64,000 nucleotides of DNA from Ylistrum balloti. Its lineage: Eukaryota. Below, piece by piece: positions 12,301 through 23,892 of this stretch. The notes under the pieces were generated by a model. The model was not told the DNA's origin. It did no database searches and saw only the letters and a program-made list of their open reading frames with translations. Where the stretch lies: positions 62,001 to 126,000 of the forward strand of contig NW_026782953.1 in the NCBI RefSeq assembly GCF_031769215.1, read 5' to 3'. A program made the translations under genes and the position numbers. Positions within the stretch are counted from its first letter, which is position 1. The number at the start of each line of letters is the position of its first letter.

Positions 12301-14817
12301 ACATTGCAATAAAACATTGAATTCTACACTATATATTTGTGTCATGTACTGTACTGATAGCAAATATTATAAATATACCTCGTAAAACGACAATTACCTG
12401 CTGGCGCCACGACAGCGTTGTAATGATTGATATGCATTATATAGCTTGGTTCTAAGTACGTGTAGGTACAACTGTGTCTACAGAGAGACAACGGCAAGTT
12501 CTAGCTCAATCCAGCTTTGAGGATATATATAAGTATACACTGATGGTTATTTCAACATGACCGGATTACTGCAACCTATTTGCACTGGTCAACCTTTGGA
12601 AACTACTGAATGATGGTGTATCTTTCTTATATATACGTTTTATCGGTACATTACAAATGTATACGTGTGTGTGTCAAACAGGGAAGTTCGAATAAAGTGA
12701 ATTCCCTTCAATAAATTAAGATACGTCGTGACTTATAATAGGACGTTTAAGTGTCGATAAAAATTGATACACAGCAGAGGGGCCCGCTTGGTCAACAGTT
12801 ACTGTCTTATCTTGATAAATAGTAGGGAAGGGCATCTAAAAGCAACATACATTCCTTGAACCTCGGTGTCATAAATATGTAGATATGGGACAAGACCAGG
12901 TGGTAGGGCTGATAAAATGTAGGAAGACTGATAACAAATCCAGCACAACATTACAGTCATTGCTCACATAAATGCGACTCGCAAGACTCATCAGTCTATC
13001 GTCACACTTAAATGTGAAACGATTTTAATCAAATCAGAGGAACTATTGGAACGCAAAGCCATAGCATAATGCGTCCATCATCACTTCTTGGGTTATTTCA
13101 TGGTTTTGTGTTCCTTTTAAAAGAACACGTTTCTGGCAGTCCTAGCCTCCTATATATTTGTGAAATAAGTCCATGACTCTCTTCCGAAAAACTTTTATAT
13201 GGGAAATATAGAAAGGTTCAATAACTCTATCTCTCTATTCGACCAGGAGACCAGTACATTACACAACTACATTGTACCTATATAGTTATATAGTTCACCG
13301 TCAATATGAACGAATTTTTTCACAACATGTCGACACGTCTGAGTTAAATTTTTAATAACAGTGACCATGTGTTCTTCAAATATACGTAGATGTTATATAC
13401 ACTGTACTTACCTATCAATATCCGTCTCAGCTATATTGAATTTAACGTACAGATACGGACCTAGAAAGGTCTTAGTTCGTAGTACAGGCCACCAAGTACA
13501 ACAGTGTAAAATCCTCAAAACTTAGTACTTCAAACAAACTTGATACGCAGTAAAGTAGCTTCCTCTCCCTTTACACGAAAGTATTACCCACGCGTTTCTC
13601 CGACATTGTGATCGTTATGACTGGGTACGAAATACTTGTCATCCACAATGTAGTACTTGTCTGTTGTTCATATTGACTGGTCATATAAATGATTACGAAT
13701 TTGAACCATGAATCAGGTGCACCCACACAATTTTAGTATAATACACACTAGGGGAGAACTCACTCAAGCAGAACGTCTATATTTACTGCTTATTCCTTCT
13801 TCGTCTTAAACAACCGACATTGTGACAGTATTACTAAGTTCAAGTACGTTGAAATAAATACACATTATGAGCAATCATAATAACTATATATAACATATTT
13901 TCTTTAAATCTGACAAATACGTCGAAACTGGGACGTGTGATGCAAGTCCTTTTTCGAAACGAAACTTTTTTGCGAACATGATAGCGTTTAAATATGTGCT
14001 ATATCAGGCCTCTATACGAACACATTAAATTGTTTTCAACTTACATAATTAATTCAATAATTTACTATAGTAACCTACTAACACGCAATATTGACACATC
14101 CGCGGACTCAGAATAGATCGTAACTGTTCCGAGATTGATATCTGGCTTGGGTTAATATTGCAAAACTGGAGATACACTGTACATTGCTTGATATTAACAA
14201 TACTTCAGAATTCTGTTATATAATGTTGACACCAGTTCAAAAACTGGAACGATAATACAGCGTCAACAGTGATATTACATTTTCCCCCTATTATGAGACT
14301 TCATGAAAGTCAACTTCCTGGTTGAATACATGATGTGTAGTAGTTAAACCATTCAACAGCTAAGAAAAAGAACATGTACAGATAATTATTGTATCCGTAT
14401 TGTAAAACATGTAAAATAGTCTTATCGTCGTGTTCGACGTAATGTTGTAATTAAGAACTCAATATAGTCTATCCGGATCATTTGTATCTCGTTTAGAATC
14501 GCCTTAGTGTGGAAATTACGTCCCCTCTTCCAAGATCTTCGCCCAAAGATATTTACAACTACAGCTTCTCCGTTAGTTGTTTCTTTACTTACTTTCGCCT
14601 TTTGAACATTTTCCGATGAAGTCTCTGACGACAAAAGAATTGTCGCACGGTAAGATTCCTCACAAACATCATTGTCGATGTTAGGCCTACCAATCAGGAA
14701 GTTCTCATGATTCGGTGGCAAGACCACACGCACCCCAAACAAGCATTCTATGTGCTCTTTAACGCCTAATAACAGGGATAATTTGGATCCTGCAATCTTC
14801 ACATCATCTGTGTTCAT
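3319..14817 (-). CDS. ZC3H12A: Regnase/MCPIP (ZC3H12)-family endoribonuclease with an N-terminal N4BP1-like di-KH region, ~1258 aa, 6 coding exons
   Basis: complement(join(3319..5240,5442..5698,6385..6619,8011..8150,10769..11766,14593..14817)); all junctions GT-AG and in phase (3777 nt). UBA-like [12 protein letters not shown]; PIN/NYN motifs [59 protein letters not shown]; [19 protein letters not shown]; [22 protein letters not shown]; C-terminal [18 protein letters not shown]. An alternative in-frame acceptor for the last exon lies at 5270. The paralog letter (A-D) cannot be assigned; this is probably a pro-ortholog. Confidence 0.93.
10495..10700. repeat. Degenerate ~30-bp minisatellite in ZC3H12 intron 2
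   Basis: About 6 diverged copies of GGTCCTAACCCATGACTACCAATAACAAC immediately inside the donor of exon 2. Confidence 0.65.
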
Positions 14818-16404
14818 TGTACAGCATACGAGAAATAAATTTATCTCTCATTCTGATCCGTAAACTCTCCATAAACACCGTACAATTCCAGGGTTTACTC
14901 CATTCAGAATGTGTATTTTCAGATTTAGGTCGCCAGACGGCGCTGTTATTTGACCTAAAAGGTCAGCTATTCAGCCGAGCGCAACGAAATAAACAAGACG
15001 CCCGGAATGCATGTCATTGAGACCCATTAACTCGATAGATCTCCAGAATATAGACATAGTGTTTACGTCACATCAGATAGATGAATCATTTCGACAAACT
15101 GATTATCATAATGTAATATATTCGCAAGACAATACAATTCACAGGTATATATATTATATAAATAACCTTACTCTTATCCAGAAATTTACGTAGATTTTTA
15201 CTTTAAACCATTTTTTTGGTTTATTTCGCAGTTTACTTTAATTACTCCAGTATTAATTTAAGAAGGTGTAACTAAGATAAAAAGGCTAGATTTTACAATG
15301 AACTCAGGCACGTTAAATTGAACGATGATTATGTAGTGGAACTATCCTTTCTCAGATTTGGAAACTTTTGAAAACCGTGACAAGAAATCAAGAACACTTC
15401 AAGGCGGGAACCGGGAGGAAGGGGGCAAGAACACTGAGTTGAATGTGTTACGCGTTTGTCAATAATGAGATTGGTAACCATTATTTTGACAAATAAAGTG
15501 AATTAGTAAGTACTCGAAATATACTTCCAATTTACCCACTCTTCGTGTTTAGTTTTCAGAATTATAAAAAACGAAGTACTTGATATTTTGTCAATACAAT
15601 CATGTCAACATGAAATTGATAAGAGAAGAGAAAAGTGGAGGTTACGTTATTCAAAGAACCAATACAGACCTTTCAATAGTGGACCGCAACATCCAACTTT
15701 GATTAAATTACCCGAAGGCTTATTATAGATGTATAACGAATATAACAGTAATTTTATTAGGACGTGATGTTAACGTTGTCAACTTAAAAAGACAAAAATC
15801 ACGTTTAGCACGTTCATCAGTTTTCTCATATGTCCAGAGTAGATTGAACATTTAACGATGGATGTCATATTATGAAAATGAATGTACATAAGATTATAAA
15901 TGTAAAACCGTTTATTTCCGGCACGCTGTTATATCCAGGTTTGTTTCAATTTGACTCCCCGTTAACAGCGAACTTTACCTTCGGGCCCTGCAACATATAC
16001 GACTGTCTTTATCAAATAAACAACCGGAAATTAGATAAATTAATTAGATAATATATATACATGTGTGACACTACGTACACATATTAAATTACAATATAAA
16101 AAGGACAGCATTGTTAGTTTTGTGTGTTTGCATACCATGTAATATAGGAGTATATTTTCCACCAGTGCAATATAATAATGTTGACCAATTTATTTTTGAT
16201 AGTCAATTTAAGAATTTAAGTGAATAAAGAAAAAGAAAACCCAACACTGAGCCATTAAACGAATCCAGAAGATGAATAATGCTGTATACGTCATGAAAAC
16301 TGCAGCTTATCATAAGCATTTCTCTGACATAACGAAAAGAAGCAGTAAGTCAACTTACAGCATTGGTAGCAAATGGTTTAATAAGAGTAAGTAATACACG
16401 TCTG

Positions 16405-17570
16405 ACCCCATATTGTGTCGCTCTCATCAATTCCTAACCCCCACCCCCTTCATTTAAATCCCTATATAATAAAGAAAGTTCCCTCTTCTGTAATGCAATG
16501 CAATCACCCATTTACACATTGTATTGCTCTCATCAATTCCTACCTATATTTTCCCTAATGGTCTATAAATCCCCGTACAATACAATCACTCAGCTACACG
16601 TTGTATCGCCCTCATAAATTTCTACCCCGTCATAGTTTTTCGCTACTGTCATAAAAATCCCCATACATTACAATAATTTCCCTCTTCTGTCATATATTCC
16701 CATACAGTACAATCACCCGACTTGACATTGTAACGCCCTCGTCAATCCCTACCGCATCATATTTCCCCCATCTACCATACTAATACCCATACAGTACAAT
16801 CACCCGACTTGACATGGTAACGCCCTCATCAATCCCTACCCCATCACATTTCCCCCATCTATCATATTAATACCAATCCGCACAATTACCCGACTTCACA
16901 TTTTATCGCCCTCATCGATTTTCACCTTTTGTAGCAAAAGGGCTTAATAATTCACTTTCGATTGTAATACATGTCGGATTCCACATTTTGTCGCCCTCAT
17001 CAATTCCTATCCCCGTTCTTTCATATAAATTCCATTACAATACAATCATTTCCCTCTTCTGTCATATTAATACCCATACAATACATTCACCCGACTACAG
17101 ACACATAATATCGCCCTCATCATACCTACCCCATCATATTTTCCTTTAATACCCATACATAACAAACACCCGACTACACATTGTATTGCCCTCATCAATC
17201 TCCACTCCATCATATTTTTCCTGTTCTTCATATAAAGCCCCCCAAAATACAATAATTTCCCTCTTCTGTCATATTTAATACCCATACATAACAAACACCA
17301 TCATCAATCCGTTCTCCATCACTTTCTCTACTATTACATGAATTCCCACACAATACAACAGTTATATAGTCCTTTCCTCTAGAGTCATTATAACCCTATA
17401 CAATACCATCATCTTACAGTACACTGTATTGCCCTCATCAATCCCCACTCCATCACTTTCTCTACTATTACATGAATTCCCACACAATACAACAGTTATA
17501 TAGTCCTTTCCTCTAGAGTCATTATAACCCTATACAATACCATCATCTTACAATACACTGTATTGCCCTC
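16405..17570. repeat. Degenerate ~75-87-bp minisatellite ending in a 134-bp tandem duplication
   Basis: Recurrent core ATTGTATyGCCCTCATCAATyCCTACCCC...CATACAATACAATCACCCGACT; near-identical 87-bp pair around 16698-16870; near-identical 134-bp-period pair starting at 17314 and 17448. Confidence 0.85.
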
Positions 17571-19040
17571 AACCCTTACAGTACAACTTCTTTCTATTAT
17601 CCAGCGATAACAGGAGTTAACACGAATACATGCCCACGTCGAATAAGTATTATTAAGCAACAGAGGTTGAGACGCAACTTCGTGATACGATTTCTATCAA
17701 TAACCATGTAATTCCGATGATATTTATCAAAGTTTGTTTACTGATGGTATAACCGGGTTATAGAAGCTGAAATCAAGACACCTTGATTCATTCATCGATC
17801 TATCAAATACAACCATGTTAAATAAAAGATAGCTAAAGACAAAATTCCCAAGGAAATAATCTTCCAAGAGAAACTTACCTATTGTGTGAAATTTCCAACC
17901 GAGTTCCACGTGTATCCAGTTTGACATAAATCGACACTGGCCATCTAGTACAAATATTCATTGATAAATTATACTGATCAGCTGATACAAACATCTTCTC
18001 CATGTGTGCATGTCTTGACGCACATCCATGGAGCCTAATTAACCATCTCGGTGATATCATTAACAATGAATTGTATAAGATATTGCTTTCGATATACCAT
18101 AATATACCTGTATACTATACTAGGTAGTAGAACATACGGTATAGTTTGGCGCTGTGTGTTACGCTCGACTGATTTCGCTCCAGGGCCAAGTCGTGACTTC
18201 ACGCGGATATTTTTGTCAGCCTTTCTGTCGGTCTGCACGTTTTGAATTTACCGAGAGTCACACTCCGTTGCTAAATATATCTACCTGGTTGTTTCAGACA
18301 GAACGTTGTGTATTTAAACCCATTAACGCACAGCTATATCGTGACGTGTCGGTCGGGTCGATATCGGACTGAGTTTACATAGCCTACTCTTTCTATATCA
18401 GTCAACTGAAATAGATATGTTTATTATAATAGTTTCATATTTTGACAACCAGAACAGAAATGTTTTGAAATCAGTTCACATTTTAACGTTTCATTAATCA
18501 ACTTTCACTGAGCAAGGAATTACAATGTAGGCAATGGTTGTACGAATGACGTCATTGTGACATGATGTCATCAGGATATCGGAAATTCGGATAGTCGGAA
18601 ATTTATTCGTTAAATAATTTGGGATCTGACTACAATTTCTTGCTTTTAATGGTTATATTTAGAACATGTTGGTATCCTACTGCATTCATATCACCGTAAA
18701 ACAACGAAAATGCGATAAATTCTGAAATTTACATTGAATTTGTGTAATTAACGTTAACTACAGAGTATTAATTGCTAAAGTTTTTATTCGTTCATTTTAT
18801 CCAAGTGAAGTTATGCTGTACTAAGAACAATTGAATTGTCCGACAGTAATCATATTGTTACAAAGATTACTGCTCCATGTTATCGAGATAGTGATAAGGC
18901 ATAGTTGAAAGTGTCGCCATGATGAATAAATTGCAGTCGCACTCATGGCCATATTAGACAGGGATAGACGTTGAAATAGTCTCTCTAGATAAGTTTACAT
19001 ATTTGTTTTAAACTACATGATATATAGATTATATAGATTG

Positions 19041-19592
19041 GAGTCAACCTCGAGGGTTATGTACACTGAGGTCATCCTCAGGGTCAACCACAGGGTCAGC
19101 CTCAACATCAAATACAGCTTGGTCAACCACAGGGTCATGTACATCTTGTTCAACTTCGGGGTCAACCTCAATACCATATCAACCTCAGTATCACATACAT
19201 CTGGGTCAACCCCAAGGTCAACCCCAAGGTCAACCTCAGTATCATATTCATCTGGGTCAACCTAAAAGTCAACCTCAGTATCATATACATATGGGTCAAT
19301 CTCAAAGTCAAACTCAGTATCATATACATCTTGGTCAACCTCAATATCATATCAACTATAGGGACATATACATCTGGGTCAACCTCAAGGTCAACCTCAG
19401 TATCATATACATCTGGGTCAAGATCAGTATCATATTCATCTGGGTCAACCTAAAGGTCAACCTCAGTATGATATACGCCTGGTCAACCTCAGTATCATAT
19501 ACATCTGGGTCAACCTCAAGGTCACCCTCAGTATCACATACATCTGGGTCAACCTCAAGGTCAACTTATGTATCCTTTACATCTGGTCAACC
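19041..19592. repeat. ~39-bp minisatellite built from GGTCAACCTCA subunits
   Basis: Consensus CATCTGGGTCAACCTCAAGGTCAACCTCAGTATCATATA; explains the periodic ORFs 19017..19265, 19168..19350 and 19291..19614. Confidence 0.9.
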
Positions 19593-22500
19593 ACATTTTT
19601 ATGTACAACTGTAAAATGGACCATACAATATCATGTTTTGAAGTTTTGTGGAATGTAGACTAGGGGAGACAATTATCATAAAAGTAAATTTCTTTTGATT
19701 AATATGTCACTTTTAAGCATTTGTATTGCTTTTCCCAACCCATAATAGATACATTCTACTAAAACCTGTATTTTTCCTAACTAGAAAAGGACAGAACATC
19801 AATGTTTCGTAATTGGTTCTCACAACCATATCGGTAATTCGTCTCTTCCTGAGGTAATCGTAAGTTTAACTGAAACACAATGTTTTTCTGTACTCAAAGC
19901 CAGGCCAACGGACGTGGTTGTATCCAGCTCCTGCACCGAATATCACATATTTACAGATTGAGTTGGATATTATTTTAGCACAATAGGGGTGGGGCACTTC
20001 TATCTATCTATACATTAATACCGTGAGATGCGTTCGTCATCAGATAAAACCTTCCCATACTCAGCGTACTATCATCCCTTATTTAAATGGGACTTAGATA
20101 TATATATCTTTATCTAAGCTCGTGATTTTAATTGTCCAATCTTGTTTTTATTTAGCTGACAATCCACTAACTAATACCTGTACTGAAAATTACTATCTTA
20201 TGTATTCATCATAGTTACATAGTTATTGTACAAATGTTTGTCCTACCATGAAAGATAAGTTATCACGTGGATAAATATAAACCCACGTGCTGACAATAAA
20301 TGTGATACTTTCTGCAAGATGGATAGGTATTACACATAACATATACAAGTAACTAAACATATTTCATATGAAAACTAGTAGCCCACCAAACGTAAATGAC
20401 AAATATATTGCAAAATGTTCCAAATAGATTGGACAAAAGTTATAGCAACTATGAATCGCCTTTTTCATAATACTTAGACATGTAAATACAAAACAAATTA
20501 CAGAAAATACACATCTTGAATTAACAAAAGCATATTTTAGAATACATGTAAAATTATCAATTTAAACGAAGGGAAGTAACTCTGGTACGTATACAGGATC
20601 AGGTATGCACTGATAAAAAGGTTTTTTTTCGGATCTTTAGCATTTTCGCACATCTTATAAATGTATTGTACGTTCTCATTTGTATTGTAGATTATGTCGG
20701 TCACGTATGGATATCATACCTCTAATAACACATTGAATGGACAAAGGCAGTCCAAAGATTATTCTAACGTTCTAAAGTCGATAGAACTTCAGAATAATTT
20801 AGACTACAGCTATACGAGTCCCATTGGAATAATATGTTAATGATCGTAGCAGCGACAGCACAACTGATCTGACACGCGGACATTGTACAAGGTGTACTTG
20901 GCGAAATGAAAGCTATAAAATTCCATTTAAAGCTTCTGGGGTTACCCCCATTAGATAACCATTTGTTTCACGTGGAAAACTATCAAATAACTGATGATGA
21001 GCTTACTTTGATTAAAAAAAATCAGTATTACTAGAATATAATGTTAATCATATAAAAATGATATTGACATTAATTATTGATGTTACAAGATGCTTCTTGA
21101 ACATAGAATAAATGGGCTAAGTATTGTAAGTATCCATTTGAATCATTACAACAACACAAAACAAAAATCTACTGATGTCTTGGAAACAGATGATAAAACG
21201 CCAGGGAGTTAGACATTAACGATACAGTGATATACAAATGCTTCTTACCAGTTAACTTGTAATAATAGCAATAATTAAAAAAACACAAACTTGGAACTAC
21301 CTCTCAAACGTGATCGAACTAATCAAATATCAGAAAAGAAAAACATCCAAAACGGTGTAACAACATGGTTAGGTAAAACGCTTTTTTCCAGTGAGAATAT
21401 AAAGGTGTATTTGGGGAAAAATACTTGAAAAGGTGATATCAGTACCTAATTTTGCTCCCTCCCCCTCTCCCCCAACCCCACCCACCTCACAAATTACAGA
21501 CAGGAACCGTTCTGTTATTGATGACTATAGATGTAAGCCGGTAATGAACCTAATCTTAATAGCTAGAATTCTGTTTAACCAAGCTGTGAAACGTGATCAG
21601 CCGGTAGATGTGATGACGTTATTGTAAGGAGAGTTGTGTGGATTCAAGTCCCTTAATGACATTTTAAGCCACAATGTATTGTCACGTTTCTGTATATCCG
21701 ATTACCACACCGTCATATGTCGTGACCAATAATAGATGAACTGCTTAATAATTCATAAACCGCAATTCTCTGTGTTGGACGCATTGAGCATTTTTGTCAT
21801 AAGGTTTCCGCAACGATTTGTGATATATCATATTGGCAAATGAAAATAATTTTTTTCTTGTATAATTGTTGACGGACAGAAAACATCGAACACAAACAAT
21901 TTTATTTCGTTTACCTTTTTTCGAAAGGGAAACATAACCGGGCTCGACCATGCGGTCATGTGGGTGACCATCGTCCTATCCCGAATGTCAGATTCAAGGA
22001 CGATTACGTCTAAAAAGTTTGAAAGATCGTAAAACTAATATTCCGACAAGAAAACGAAATTCTGCGATATCTTAAAGCTCTCAATGACGAATGAAATAAT
22101 CTAATCGTCGACAAAATAGTTTGAAAAACGTATATAAAAGTATGTCAAGCCTTGTCGTCACAATCACGAGATGGAGTTGATTTTAGAACTTGCCGCCACA
22201 GTTTCTATGTACAGAGGATATTGCTGATTGTGTTGGTACGTTGGAATATCATTTGTTTATGCTACCTTGAAATAGAAAATAAATATGTATACTACGGAAA
22301 ATAAGTATTTGGGAGGTTGGGAGGGTTAGGGTGAAGGGATGGGGTGAAGGGATGGGTTGGGGGGAATGTTTATTTGACAAGAAACAATGTATACTGGGCT
22401 TTGTTTTGTTTGTTGCACCTGCTTACAGAATCTGAATTTTAGAGTACCACTTACTACTTATATTATCACAACAATTGTAAATAATACGAGTTTTAACGCT

Positions 22501-22678
22501 ATTCCTACTTTTTGTTCTTCAAAAACTTCAAACTTCAACATTGTAAGATACCTTCCTAAATATCTTTTCGCTGGAAGCACATTGTGTGCATTTTGTCTCT
22601 TTTATTTTAAACAAGAAATTGTTTGACATTACAATCATGGTTATGAACCAACTGAATCAAGCAACAAGCCAAAAAAAA

Positions 22679-23892
22679 CCAACAAGCCTTTCTCCCGCTG
22701 TACCGCCCAACACCCAGCAAGCCATTTTCCCGCAGTACCACCCAACTACCAACAAGCGGTTATCCCGCGGTACCGCCCTACTACCAACAAGCGGTTATCC
22801 CGCGGTACCGCCCAACAAAAAACAGGTCATTCTCTCGCGGTACCGCCCAACACCCAGCAAGCCATTCTCCCGCGGTATCGCCCTACTACCAACAAGCGAT
22901 TCTCCCGCGGTACCCACCAATAAGCAACAAGCGATTCTCCCGCGGTACTGCCCAACTACCAACAAGCGATTCTCCCGCGGTACCGACCAACAACCAACAA
23001 GCGATTCTCCCGCGGTACCGACCAACAACCAACAAGCGATTCTCCCGCGGTACCGCCCAACAACCAACAAGCGATTCTCCCGCGCCCAACAAACAAGTCA
23101 CTGCCCAACAACCAGACTACCAAACAACAAGCGATTCTCCCAAAAAGAGATTCTCCCGGTACCGACCAACAACCAACAAGCGATACCGCCCACAATCAAC
23201 AAGCGATTCTCCTGCGGTACCGCCCAACAACCAACAAGCGATTCTCCCTCGATACCGCCCAACAACCAACAGCAGGGGCGTAGCTTCCATAGAAAGAAAA
23301 AGCCCGGGCTTACACATAAAAAAATCCATGCATAGAGTATGTCGGACAAAATTACAAAACTAAGGTTGAAAATAAATATCTTATATTTTTGATAAATAAA
23401 AAAAAAATAGAAATAGAAAACTTTAAAAACTAGGCCTAGTGCATTGCTTTCCGGAACTTTATACACGTCATACTATCCTACTTCTTACTATCATTTTAAC
23501 GTTTCCGATTAAAATGTTGTTAAAGAGCAAATTTTCAAACGAAATAAAGTCGAATCGAGTGACCACAATAAAAGTGACACATCAAAGACCGAAGGTACAT
23601 GTAACCAAGATAAGGAAATCGTCATGGACATTGCCCCCCCCCCTGCCTCCCCAACCCCCCGATCCCACACCAGGGCCCTGCTCTGGACCCTCTTGGGGCC
23701 TAGGCGGCCCCCAGACCCCTCGCCTGGGCTTACACATTTCTGCTTGGCTAGCTACGCCCCTGAACAGGCCATTCTCCCGCGGTTCTGCCCAACAACCAAC
23801 AAGCCATTCTCCTGCGGTACCGCCCAACATCCTATATGCGATTCTCCTGCTCTACCATCCAACAACCAACAAGCCATTCTCCCGCGGTATCG
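22679..23892. repeat. 35-bp CpG-rich minisatellite interrupted by a MITE
   Basis: Unit CAACAAGCGATTCTCCCGCGGTACCGCCCAACAAC, ~17 copies before 23272 and ~4 after 23763. Each unit holds the palindrome GCGGTACCGC. Confidence 0.95.
23273..23762. mobile_element. 490-bp non-autonomous DNA transposon (MITE) with 13-bp TIRs and a 5-bp TSD
   Basis: CAGGGGCGTAGCT at 23273 and AGCTACGCCCCTG ending at 23762, flanked on both sides by AACAG. Removing the element restores an intact 35-bp array unit. GGGCTTACACAT occurs near both ends. Confidence 0.88.

Noticed and set aside
13955-13968. ISRE-like GAAACGAAACT in Regnase intron 1
   Set aside because: The spacer is one base short of the GAAANNGAAA consensus.
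17875-18372. Short ORFs and a minus-strand AG|GTAAGT donor-like site
   Set aside because: No recognisable protein and no matching acceptor; could be non-coding transcript or TE debris.
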